NCBI GenBank assembly: GCA_947474065.1
Contig: CANJHD010000007.1
Coordinates: 2,365-66,364 of the forward strand
DNA from: Planctomycetaceae bacterium
GTDB taxonomy: Bacteria; Planctomycetota; Phycisphaerae; Phycisphaerales; SM1A02
Direction of reading: 5' to 3'
DNA: 64,000 bases
Under the pieces are notes generated by a model. That model did not search any database. It was not told where the DNA came from and saw only the letters and a program-made list of their open reading frames with translations. Made by a program: the position numbers and the translations under genes. Position 1 is the stretch's first letter. Each line of letters opens with the position of its first letter. Positions 28,670 to 37,203 of the stretch are shown piece by piece.

Positions 28670-30498
28670 TGCGAAGCGCGGTCATCCGGCTGGTCCGCAA
28701 GCCGAAGCAGCGCCATGATTGCCGTGACTGCCGGTGAATCAAGTAACTGCGACCGTCCCTCGTCGCTCGCCGCCACGCCGGCGCGTCGAAGTTCGGCAAC
28801 GCACGCGGTAATTTCGGTATTCGATCGAACCAGAACGGCAATCGTTGCATCGGGGCGCCGCGCATGTCGGTCTGCAACGATCGCCGCAACCGTCGCCGCA
28901 ACTGCATCAGCTCCCGATCCGGACGCGCGGAATGCGCGCACGAACCCCGGCAAGTCCTGCACGCGAGGCGCCGCGATATGTTCGACGAACGTCCAACCAT
29001 CAAGCGCACGTAATAACGGGCTATGGTCGACACCAACTGGCTCAGCCAGCCCAGCATCCGTAAAGATGCGCCCCGTTCCCTTCGTGCCGGCGTCGAGCCC
29101 CGTGCCGCTCACTAAGCCAGAAATATCACTGAACACATCGTTGACGAAATCAAGAATCACCGGGCTTGATCGAAAGCTAGTGTTGAGCGGCGCGTCTGCC
29201 TCAAGACCCTGGCGTGACCCAACCTGCGCCAACAATGCTGGCGTCCCACCACGCCAAGCGTAAATCGACTGCTTTGGGTCACCAACCACCAAGAATCGAC
29301 GGCCACCGGTGGCCATGATTTCATCGATAAGCGGAACAAGCGCCGTCCACTGCGCGGGCGAAGTGTCCTGGAATTCATCGAGAGCAAGGTCGTGGATCGC
29401 ACGATCAAGACGCTCGCGCATTGCTTCCGTTCCTTCGCCACCGAGACAATGAGCACGAGCAACCAGCGTGGTGATGTCCTGAAATCCGTAAGCACCTTCC
29501 GAGCGGCGCATACGAACCAGCACCTTATCCACACTGCCCACCAGTTCTTCTGTTGCCCGCAGACGTGCACGAATCAAATCTTGCACTTCCGCACAAGCGT
29601 GACACACCAGCGCATCAAGGCCGCGCGCAAATGCTGGCGCCGCCGGCGCACCGTTGAACACCCCTTTATCGCGCAAGCCACTCACAACCGAATCCTTGAG
29701 CAAATCAAACCAGTGACCGTCCTCAGCCAACCGAATGACACGAGGAATCGCTTTCACCCAATTCTTCACTGGAGTGCCCGACTTCGTCTCTGGAACCGGC
29801 GCATTGCGCATTGCGTCTATCGCTTCAGCGCGAGCCGTCGCACTCGAGCGCCGCGCCTTTGGGAACAACTTCAAACTGTCGTCGGCTAGCACCAACCACG
29901 GCTTGCGAGGGTCAGGCCCCAGTGTGCATCGGTCCCAAATGGCAAACGCACCACCAAGTGCGTCATCAATTCCAGCCTGAATTTCTACTTTCGGTTGTCC
30001 GTCGGCCATTTGCCGAGCAAGATCAACCGCTCGAACCGGATCGGATGCAATGACTTCACCAATCGCATCCATGCGCATGGCTTGCTGTTCATCGTCTTCG
30101 GCAATTCGCCACCCTTCCGGCAGACCAAGTTCTGGAGCAAACGCGCCAGCCATTTGCATGAAAAAACCGTCGATCGTCGAGATCGACATCCTGTGCAGAG
30201 CATCGACCACTTCGCGAAGCACAGCCGCGTATTCCTCATGCGTCGCAGGGCCAACCTGCGACTCGTCAGAAAAATTCGCCAGTTCATCAGCATCAAAGCT
30301 TCCCAATGCCAGATGCCGAAGCACGCGTTCCAGAATTTCGCCAGCCGCCTTCCGCGTGAATGTCACCGCCAAAATTCGATCAGGCGAGGCGCTCTTTGTT
30401 GCGCGTCGTTCCTCAATCATCCATCGAATGAGACGATTGGCAAGCAAGTACGTCTTGCCGCTACCAGCGTTTGCAATGACAACGGAGCGAGTAATCAT
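28462..30498 (-). CDS. addA: AddA/RecB-like UvrD helicase, N-terminal part (frameshifted)
   Basis: ANAGSGKT, TFTRKAAGE, DEFQDT, VGDPKQSIYAWRGG and SFRS; ATGA overlap with addB. Confidence 0.85.
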   Translation of the reverse strand: MITRSVVIANAGSGKTYLLANRLIRWMIEERRATKSASPDRILAVTFTRKAAGEILERVLRHLALGSFDADELANFSDESQVGPATHEEYAAVLREVVDALHRMSISTIDGFFMQMAGAFAPELGLPEGWRIAEDDEQQAMRMDAIGEVIASDPVRAVDLARQMADGQPKVEIQAGIDDALGGAFAIWDRCTLGPDPRKPWLVLADDSLKLFPKARRSSATARAEAIDAMRNAPVPETKSGTPVKNWVKAIPRVIRLAEDGHWFDLLKDSVVSGLRDKGVFNGAPAAPAFARGLDALVCHACAEVQDLIRARLRATEELVGSVDKVLVRMRRSEGAYGFQDITTLVARAHCLGGEGTEAMRERLDRAIHDLALDEFQDTSPAQWTALVPLIDEIMATGGRRFLVVGDPKQSIYAWRGGTPALLAQVGSRQGLEADAPLNTSFRSSPVILDFVNDVFSDISGLVSGTGLDAGTKGTGRIFTDAGLAEPVGVDHSPLLRALDGWTFVEHIAAPRVQDLPGFVRAFRASGSGADAVAATVAAIVADRHARRPDATIAVLVRSNTEITACVAELRRAGVAASDEGRSQLLDSPAVTAIMALLRLADQPDDRASHWIVSREPVASILGFAAMETFGGALRNAVRRTVSRRMCVALCTRMDCLTGLIGRLNDFGQCVQRVICSV

Positions 30499-33323
30499 GA
30501 CATCACCTCCCCGCGCAATCCACGCATACCAACTCCGTACACGGGTGCTAGTGGATCATCCGCACCAGGTTCATAGTCTGGATCACGGATGAATTGGCCC
30601 GCTGCAACTTCCGCCGCGATGCGTTCCGCCTCCGCCTCTGCTTCGCCAAGGAATGCGTCATTCCAATCAGACGCCAGCAACACCGCGGTATCCGCCGGAT
30701 TGGATGGCAACGCAAAGTATCCAAGATTCGTAGCAGGAACGGTGATTCCCACGGAACGAAGCAAGACGGCGTACAGCGGCAACTGCAAATCCACCCAGCG
30801 CCCCTGCGGCTTGCGATGTTCCGTTTCCGGGTCATTCGGCTTCAACGAAGTCTTGTAGTCGAGCGCGGCATATCCACGCTCTGGGTGCACATCAACGCGA
30901 TCAATCCGACCTTGTAAATACAGCCCCGATTTGCCAATGACCGGCGCCGCTCGACCATGTTCGTCGCGTGGTCGCATCGCAAATGAAAGTTCAGAATGGA
31001 CAACCTGCCACCCATCGGCGGCCCAAGCTGCCTGCACCCGCGCAAACGCCGACAACCGCTCCCGCGCGAGAGCAAACTGCACCACATACGCCCCGCGAAT
31101 TGACTCTGGATAATCGCGATTTCGAATTCCATCAAGCGCCGCATGAACGCGCTGCTCAATTGCAGTGACGTCAAGCGTCGCTGGCTCGCCGGCGATCGTG
31201 CGCTGCTCCTCATCACGACCCCACGCCTGCAGTGCGGCATGCACGAGATTCCCAAATCCGAGCGCATCAAGTTCCACCGTGCCCTCGTCCGCCCCATCCA
31301 GAAGCAACCGCGGATCGCGTTTCAGGCGGAACAGCGCCGGACATTTCAGATAGTCGCGAAACGCCGTGACACTGATCGACTTTATTTCACTCGCCCCAGC
31401 GGGAACTAAATTCACTGAAAATTGCCCATCGGTTGCAGCAACTGTGGCCCAGCGCGCCGCCGATGAACGCGGCGACTTCGGATCACCAATCCATGCCATA
31501 CGACGAGCAAGCGCCTCACCATGAAGGCCAAGCAGCAACCGCGATGGCTGCAGCGGATCGCCGGCCATCTGTGTCCGTCCAGTCACGAGCCGGATAAACC
31601 GCTTACGCGAAAGGAGCGCGTGCAATATCCACGCGTCGCGCGCCTGCCGCCTCATGGCGCAGGGCATTCCAAGGCGCGATCGCACGGAATCCGGGAGCCA
31701 CGGATCAATCTCCATACCTCCTGGAACAATTCCATCATTCATCCCGGTCAACACCATGTCGGGTGCGTCATCGATGCCCGCATCGAGCCATTGCATCAAC
31801 TCCACTCCATCGTCGGTTCCGTCGGTTGCGAGAATCGCAGCAGACATTGCTTGGCGAAGAAGCACGAGGATTTGGGCAGGGTCAAGACAGTCCGTAAAGC
31901 GGGTCGGCACCGCGAGCAGCTCTTCGGCTGCTGCGTGAAATGCCCTCGCAGATTCACGACCTGCCAGTGATGCATCACTCGACACCGCAGTAAGAACATG
32001 ACGAAGCGCAGCGATCGCTTGCAAGACTGACTTTGATTTCCGAAGCGGCGACAACAACGTATCGATGTGCTCAAGCACCTCAGCGACACGGTCATTTGCT
32101 CCGCTCCCTGATTCAATGCGCTCCGGCAACGTGTCCGCACCGCTTGATGATGCAAATTCGGAAACATTCGCTACTGGACGCGCACAGCCATGCCGAACAA
32201 GCCAAGATTCCACTTCAGGATGACGCGCCAACACTCCGAGTGTTGCACACGAGCGCATACCAAGATGATCCGCTATTGCAGAGAGCAACATGCCAAGTGG
32301 TCCATCAGCTGCCGTGCGCGAAGGCAATGCATTGACCGCAACACCGCACGCCGGCAACAGTGACGCAACCTGCGCCGCCACGCCATCATCGGGAACAGCA
32401 ATCGCTATGTCACAACTCCGCCGAGGAGCAGCCATCGCGACAATCGCGTCGAGCACTGCCGCCGCCTGATCTGCCGGCGTATCGGCAAGCATGATGATGT
32501 CCTGCGGAACCACAACAGCGGCTCGCGCCCACGCCACGTGCTCTGGAAATCCATCCCCATCAAGAGGCGCCGGCAATTCCGACTCCGTGCCATGCACTAA
32601 CACAGAAACAGCAATGCCACACGCCGCAAGTGCACCGAGTAGCTCCCGTTGAATCCGTTCCGGATCAGCAAGGAGCACATAGATGCGCCCGACTCCGCCC
32701 ACGTGCAACACCCCCGCTTTGCACGCCGCACGTGTTGCACTCGCCTCATCAATCGATTGCTCGCGCTCAAGCGCATTCCGCCAAACTTTCTCAAGAGCAA
32801 GCAGTGCTTCCCAGCGACCAAGATCCAACTCCGGCATAGTGGCACGCAGTTCCGCGGCCACGCTGACGAAATCAGAACAGGCACTCGTCACATCGCGATG
32901 CAATGCGGCTATTCGCACCGCTAACGCATCAATGCTCGCTGGTTCAAGTGGCTCGCCAGGAATGGCATCGATTCCACCAGGCTCCAACGCTGTGATCACG
33001 CGCGCTTCGGCGCTGATGATCGCGTTTCGCCATGCCAACTGAACACCAAGCGCGCCAAGCACAGTTGCCGAAGGAACCACAAACCTTGACGCTAGTCCCG
33101 CTGGCGTCACAACCCGCGGCGATACAAACGCGTTCCCAGCCTCCGCTGCAAGTGTGATGAGATGCCGCTCAAATGCGCGAATCGCCCGGGACGCAGGCAC
33201 CATCACCAGCGCATCGGACAAGTCCACTATTCCATCGCGTGCCGCAGTTGATGACCACACGTGCTCTGCGAGTGCACGCGTCAGCGACGGACCATCCGGA
33301 AGGCGAGTCGTAGTGAATTTCAT
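30495..33323 (-). CDS. addB: AddB-like protein (inactive helicase domain + PD-(D/E)XK nuclease)
   Basis: C-terminal SVTAFRDYLKCP, GNLVH, E, GRIDRVD, DYK and LQLPLY; coupled to the addA-like gene. Confidence 0.8.
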   Translation of the reverse strand: MKFTTTRLPDGPSLTRALAEHVWSSTAARDGIVDLSDALVMVPASRAIRAFERHLITLAAEAGNAFVSPRVVTPAGLASRFVVPSATVLGALGVQLAWRNAIISAEARVITALEPGGIDAIPGEPLEPASIDALAVRIAALHRDVTSACSDFVSVAAELRATMPELDLGRWEALLALEKVWRNALEREQSIDEASATRAACKAGVLHVGGVGRIYVLLADPERIQRELLGALAACGIAVSVLVHGTESELPAPLDGDGFPEHVAWARAAVVVPQDIIMLADTPADQAAAVLDAIVAMAAPRRSCDIAIAVPDDGVAAQVASLLPACGVAVNALPSRTAADGPLGMLLSAIADHLGMRSCATLGVLARHPEVESWLVRHGCARPVANVSEFASSSGADTLPERIESGSGANDRVAEVLEHIDTLLSPLRKSKSVLQAIAALRHVLTAVSSDASLAGRESARAFHAAAEELLAVPTRFTDCLDPAQILVLLRQAMSAAILATDGTDDGVELMQWLDAGIDDAPDMVLTGMNDGIVPGGMEIDPWLPDSVRSRLGMPCAMRRQARDAWILHALLSRKRFIRLVTGRTQMAGDPLQPSRLLLGLHGEALARRMAWIGDPKSPRSSAARWATVAATDGQFSVNLVPAGASEIKSISVTAFRDYLKCPALFRLKRDPRLLLDGADEGTVELDALGFGNLVHAALQAWGRDEEQRTIAGEPATLDVTAIEQRVHAALDGIRNRDYPESIRGAYVVQFALARERLSAFARVQAAWAADGWQVVHSELSFAMRPRDEHGRAAPVIGKSGLYLQGRIDRVDVHPERGYAALDYKTSLKPNDPETEHRKPQGRWVDLQLPLYAVLLRSVGITVPATNLGYFALPSNPADTAVLLASDWNDAFLGEAEAEAERIAAEVAAGQFIRDPDYEPGADDPLAPVYGVGMRGLRGEVMS

Positions 33324-33386
33324 GTGCGCGCATCATCGCAGGCAGAGGTGAAGTAAGTACTACAGCCACCCGGCTTACCCAAATTT

Positions 33387-34526
33387 TTAGGCATTTCCGA
33401 CTGCTTGATCGCGTTCGGCTGGCACATCTTGCGTTGCGCGCCGGACCAAATCTTCGAGCACGCGCATTTGTGCGTCGCGGATTCGCTCGTCGCCCGCACA
33501 CACATTTACGTGTGCCAACTTTCGTCCCGGCCGCGGCGACTTTCCGTAATCATGAAGGCGCGCGCCGGGCACCGAAAGAATGTCTTCACGATCCGGCATG
33601 ATGCTGATGATGTTCACCATTCCGCTTACCCCGCGCGCATCTGTTGATCCAAGCGGCTCGTCAGTCACCGCGCGCACATGATTCTCAAATTGGCTTGTCA
33701 CTGCGCCATCAATAGTCCAGTGACCAGAGTTGTGCACGCGAGGCGCCATCTCATTAGCGACAAGCCCATCAGTCGTTACAAAGAATTCAATAGTCAACAC
33801 ACCAACATGACCAAGCGCGTCCATTGCCGCGCGCACCGCGTGCTCCGCAGCAATTCGCACTGCATCATTCACTGCAGGTGCAGGCGAAATGGTTCGCCAC
33901 AAAATTCCCGCACGATGCTCGTTCTGATTGATCGCCCAAATTCGAACATCGCCATCGCGTGAGCGCACAGCGATGACACTTATCTCAGCGGTAAAGTCAA
34001 CAAACGCTTCGTAGATTGCTGGCGCGCCGTGCACTGCAGCCCATGCTGCGGTAAGGTCGTGCGGCGAACGCACCACGCACTGTCCCTTACCGTCGTAACC
34101 CAAACGTCGCGATTTCAGAACTGCCGGAAATCCGATACGCCCACACGCAGCTGCCAATTCCGCTTCCGTGTTCACCGCCTCAAACGGCTGAACACGAATA
34201 CCGCAAGAACGAAAGAACTCCTTCTCAGAAATTCGATCCTGAGCAGTTTCCAAACTGCGCGCACTGGGTGCCGTTGGCACACGTTCCGCAATCGCACTCA
34301 TGGTGGCGACCGGGACATTTTCAAATTCAAAGGTTGCGACATCAATGCCCGCAACAAAGCGCGCAACGGCAGAATGATCGTCATATGCACCAACGATCAC
34401 TTCGCCGACAGCGGATGCGGGGCACAACGGATCCGGATCGAGAAATCGAAATGAATGCCCCAGCGGAATACCAGCGAGCGCCAGCATTCGCCCAAGCTGG
34501 CCACCGCCAACAACGCCCACCACCAT
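33387..34526 (-). CDS. purK: N5-carboxyaminoimidazole ribonucleotide synthase
   Basis: GGGQLGRML, GYDGKGQ, NEMAPRVHNSGH, SQFENH and YGKSPRPGRKLAH. Confidence 0.96.
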   Translation of the reverse strand: MVVGVVGGGQLGRMLALAGIPLGHSFRFLDPDPLCPASAVGEVIVGAYDDHSAVARFVAGIDVATFEFENVPVATMSAIAERVPTAPSARSLETAQDRISEKEFFRSCGIRVQPFEAVNTEAELAAACGRIGFPAVLKSRRLGYDGKGQCVVRSPHDLTAAWAAVHGAPAIYEAFVDFTAEISVIAVRSRDGDVRIWAINQNEHRAGILWRTISPAPAVNDAVRIAAEHAVRAAMDALGHVGVLTIEFFVTTDGLVANEMAPRVHNSGHWTIDGAVTSQFENHVRAVTDEPLGSTDARGVSGMVNIISIMPDREDILSVPGARLHDYGKSPRPGRKLAHVNVCAGDERIRDAQMRVLEDLVRRATQDVPAERDQAVGNA

Positions 34527-35071
34527 TAGCTGTGCCCGCCCGGCATCAAGCCGATACGCGGATCTGGTTGCACCATCACCTTGGCCGTCTGTGCCGTACG
34601 GAACGAGTCAAGGCGTGCTCGCACCTGCTCATCGCTTGCCGCGATGAGCGATGCTGCAAACAGCGCGGCGTTCGTCGCTCCCGCTTGACCGATGGCGAAT
34701 GTTGCCACGGGAACACCAGCTGGCATCTGCACGATGGAAAGCAGACTGTCCAGCCCGTTCAGCGTCTTTGTAGACACCGGCACGCCGAGTACCGGCACCG
34801 GCGTCTTACTTGCACACATACCGGGCAGATGCGCCGCCCCGCCAGCACCAGCGATGATCGCCCGCAGACCGCGCGCACGCGCTGCTTCCGCGTATTCAAA
34901 GAGTTGATCGGGAGTTCGATGTGCACTTACCACGCGACATTCGTGCGCAACGCCCATCTCGGTGAGCATCCGTGCGGCATGCTGCATGGTGTCCCAATCC
35001 GACTGGGAGCCCATGATCACCCCAACGAGCGGGGTTCCGGGGGGCGAAATCACGTCTCCGACTGGATTCAT
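34526..35071 (-). CDS. purE: N5-CAIR mutase
   Basis: [22 protein letters not shown] and [13 protein letters not shown]. Confidence 0.97.
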   Translation of the reverse strand: MNPVGDVISPPGTPLVGVIMGSQSDWDTMQHAARMLTEMGVAHECRVVSAHRTPDQLFEYAEAARARGLRAIIAGAGGAAHLPGMCASKTPVPVLGVPVSTKTLNGLDSLLSIVQMPAGVPVATFAIGQAGATNAALFAASLIAASDEQVRARLDSFRTAQTAKVMVQPDPRIGLMPGGHS

Positions 35072-35360
35072 AGTCCGAATAGTACGACCCAGAATGCCGG
35101 TCCGAGGGCGACAAGAGCGGTCTCAACACCGGCTATTTCATGAATATCCCGCGATTAAAGGCGATAATCACACGATTAATTCTGTTCTAGGCATACATTT
35201 GCAAAGTGGTCTTATAACATATTGAGTATTATCACTATTGCACCAACTCAAGTGTGTTTCCTTGTGAATTGTCAATGTGGTGGCATATTGATTCAGACAT
35301 TGTGCATGTTGGTGCGACCTTATCGCTCACCCGTGCCGTATCTATGAAAAGGTGACAATC

Positions 35361-35608
35361 CGGAATTCCGCGGCCCTTACCCTTGGCCGCGACTCGACCA
35401 CGCCTCGAGGCGCACGGGCGGACATGTGTCCCGTGCGCCGAAACCTCGGGGCGGAGTGCTGGAGCGGTTCAGACCGCTCTTTGCTCAGAGTTCAGAAAAG
35501 GGTGGGCGTCGGCTTCGGACACTGACGCCCAACCGTTGCGGTTTCCGCAACGGCGAATCTCGGGGATGCGGCCTCAGGCGTGGGAGCCGCGTCCCCGAGT
35601 TCATTTTT
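35361..35608 (+). ncRNA. Candidate structured non-coding RNA (unknown family)
   Basis: Six consecutive stem-loops with G-U pairs that form only on the + strand, a cUUCGg loop, and a final hairpin followed by TTCATTTTT. No credible ORF. Confidence 0.55.
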
Positions 35609-35622
35609 AAGATCCTGTCTCC

Positions 35623-35665
35623 AAAAACGACGAACGCGGCACTCACACTTCGGAGAGCACCGCGT
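35623..35665 (-). terminator. Probable xerC terminator
   Basis: - strand hairpin ACGCGGTGCTC/GAGTGCCGCGT (G-U pairs on -) followed by TCGTCGTTTTT, about 40 bp after the xerC stop. Confidence 0.6.
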
Positions 35666-35703
35666 CACGTGCGACAAATAGTAATTTTAATAAGCCTGAA
35701 CTA

Positions 35704-36696
35704 TCAGCTTGCTTCAGCGCGTGGATGCGCCTTGTCGTACCCATCACGCATACGACCACTGGTCAAGTGCGTGTAGACCTGCGTGGAACTCAACGACTGA
35801 TGACCCAGGAGCTCCTGGACAGCGCGCAAGTCCGCGCCGTTGTCCAAGAGATGCGTGGCGAAACTGTGACGAATCGTGTGCGGCGAGATATCGGGATCAA
35901 GATTCGCCTCTACCAAGTACTTGGCAACCTTGCGGCGCACCGAACGGCTTGAGAGTCTCCCGCCATTCTTGTTCACGAAGAGTGATTCGTCTGGATTCAT
36001 GCGCTTTCCGCGGCTCTGCAGATCGGCATCGACCATCGCCAAGTAATGACGCAAAGCCTTGAGAGCGTGACTTCCCAGCGGTACGCGGCGCTCGCGTCGC
36101 CCCTTACCACGGATGATGATTTCTTCACCGGTGTCGTTCAGATCGCCGCGGTTGATTGCCACAACCTCCGACACTCGGATGCCCGTGGAATACAAGGTCT
36201 CGAGAATCGCGCGATCACGCGCTCCCAAGATATCGGTGTCATCCGGTGCAGACAGTAACCGCTCAATCTGCTCAACCGAGATGGCCTTCGGAAGTCGCTT
36301 GGCCTGTTTCGGAGTACGAATCAGGACCATTGGATTTGTTGGAGCGAGCCCCTTGCGTTCCATCCACTTATGGAAACTGCGCAGTGTGGCGATCTTGCGA
36401 GCCATCGTGGCTGCTGAATACTTCTGCTCGCCAAGCTTGGAAAGGAACTCGCGGATCAACTCCACTTCACACTTCAGCACCCGACCAGTAATGGTGTCGG
36501 GCGAGGTGCTCTTGGAGTCGAGCGCCTTGCGCTCCTTCTCAAGGTCCACTTTCATCCCGGTCTTCGTCTCAATGAAGTCGACGAACTGACGAAGATCGAG
36601 CCCGTAGCAACGCCCCGTGTAAGGGCTGAAGTGCCTCTCGTCAGTGAGGTAACTCAGGAAGTTCTGGATAAGTGCTAGCGTTGTTATGTCGTTCAT
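35704..36696 (-). CDS. xerC: Tyrosine recombinase XerC
   Basis: RHFSPYT, RDRAILETLYSTGIRVSE, GKG, SPHTIRHSFATHLL, VQELLGH and TQVYTH...HPRA (R-K-H-R-H-Y intact). Confidence 0.9.
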   Translation of the reverse strand: MNDITTLALIQNFLSYLTDERHFSPYTGRCYGLDLRQFVDFIETKTGMKVDLEKERKALDSKSTSPDTITGRVLKCEVELIREFLSKLGEQKYSAATMARKIATLRSFHKWMERKGLAPTNPMVLIRTPKQAKRLPKAISVEQIERLLSAPDDTDILGARDRAILETLYSTGIRVSEVVAINRGDLNDTGEEIIIRGKGRRERRVPLGSHALKALRHYLAMVDADLQSRGKRMNPDESLFVNKNGGRLSSRSVRRKVAKYLVEANLDPDISPHTIRHSFATHLLDNGADLRAVQELLGHQSLSSTQVYTHLTSGRMRDGYDKAHPRAEAS

Positions 36697-37009
36697 GGCC
36701 CTTCGCCTCCATAATCGCGCGGTTCGTTGCGCGGTGCTGTGTTCGGTCAGTTCGGAATCTGTTGTCCACTCTTCTTATCGGAGACACGCCGCCTCAATCT
36801 GAAGCCAACCCGTCCCAAAGACACCGAAATTCAGACGTTCCTCGAATTGAATGTGCGATTCCGGAAACCTGAAGTCCAATTGTGTTACGCAGACCTTGCC
36901 CAACTAGATGTCGAAATATCGATTCAGGCAAAAATGGCCGATTTAAGCGGTGCTGCTAATTGGTTATTGGACATAAATCAACCCGACATCGGTCTTGCCC
37001 GAACTTTCC

Positions 37010-37015
37010 TATAAT
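37010..37015 (+). promoter_or_regulatory. Sigma70-type -10 element upstream of tRNA-Lys
   Basis: Perfect TATAAT 35 nt before the tRNA. The same CTATAATCG context occurs upstream of sucA. Confidence 0.5.
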
Positions 37016-37050
37016 CGCTCCCCCTCCCCTTCCACCAATTTCACCACCAT

Positions 37051-37123
37051 GGTTGCGTAGCTCAGTTGGTAGAGCAAGCGGCTTTTAACCGCTAGGTCCT
37101 GGGTTCGAATCCCAGCGCAATCA
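37051..37123 (+). tRNA. tRNA-Lys (UUU)
   Basis: Acceptor GGTTGCG/CGCAATC, D-arm GCTC-AGTTGGTA-GAGC, anticodon arm GCGG-CTTTTAA-CCGC and T-loop GGTTCGAATCC. CCA is not encoded. Confidence 0.96.
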
Positions 37124-37203
37124 CTGCACTTCTCTATCACCGTTACCCCACGCCACACGCTCACGCCTTGCGCCCCGCCACCTATGGGCCGATCGGAACA
37201 CGG

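Noticed and set aside
35186..35204. Sigma54 promoter AGGCATACATTTGCA
   Set aside because: The GG-to-GC spacing is 9 nt rather than the required 10.
35361..35608. tmRNA, RNase P RNA, SRP RNA or integron attC array
   Set aside because: There are no tRNA-like ends or tag frame, no GAGGAAAGUCC, no SRP GGAA/AGCAG loop, and no repeated attC boundaries with cassette ORFs.
35383..35776. Short ORFs over the hairpin region (35383..35610, 35426..35776, 35492..35677)
   Set aside because: They have weak starts, overlap each other and show no protein motifs. GC-rich palindromic DNA explains them.
35704..37123. Tyrosine recombinase next to a tRNA as a prophage or genomic island
   Set aside because: The protein has housekeeping XerC features, I saw no duplicated tRNA 3' end (att), and the flanks are core genes.
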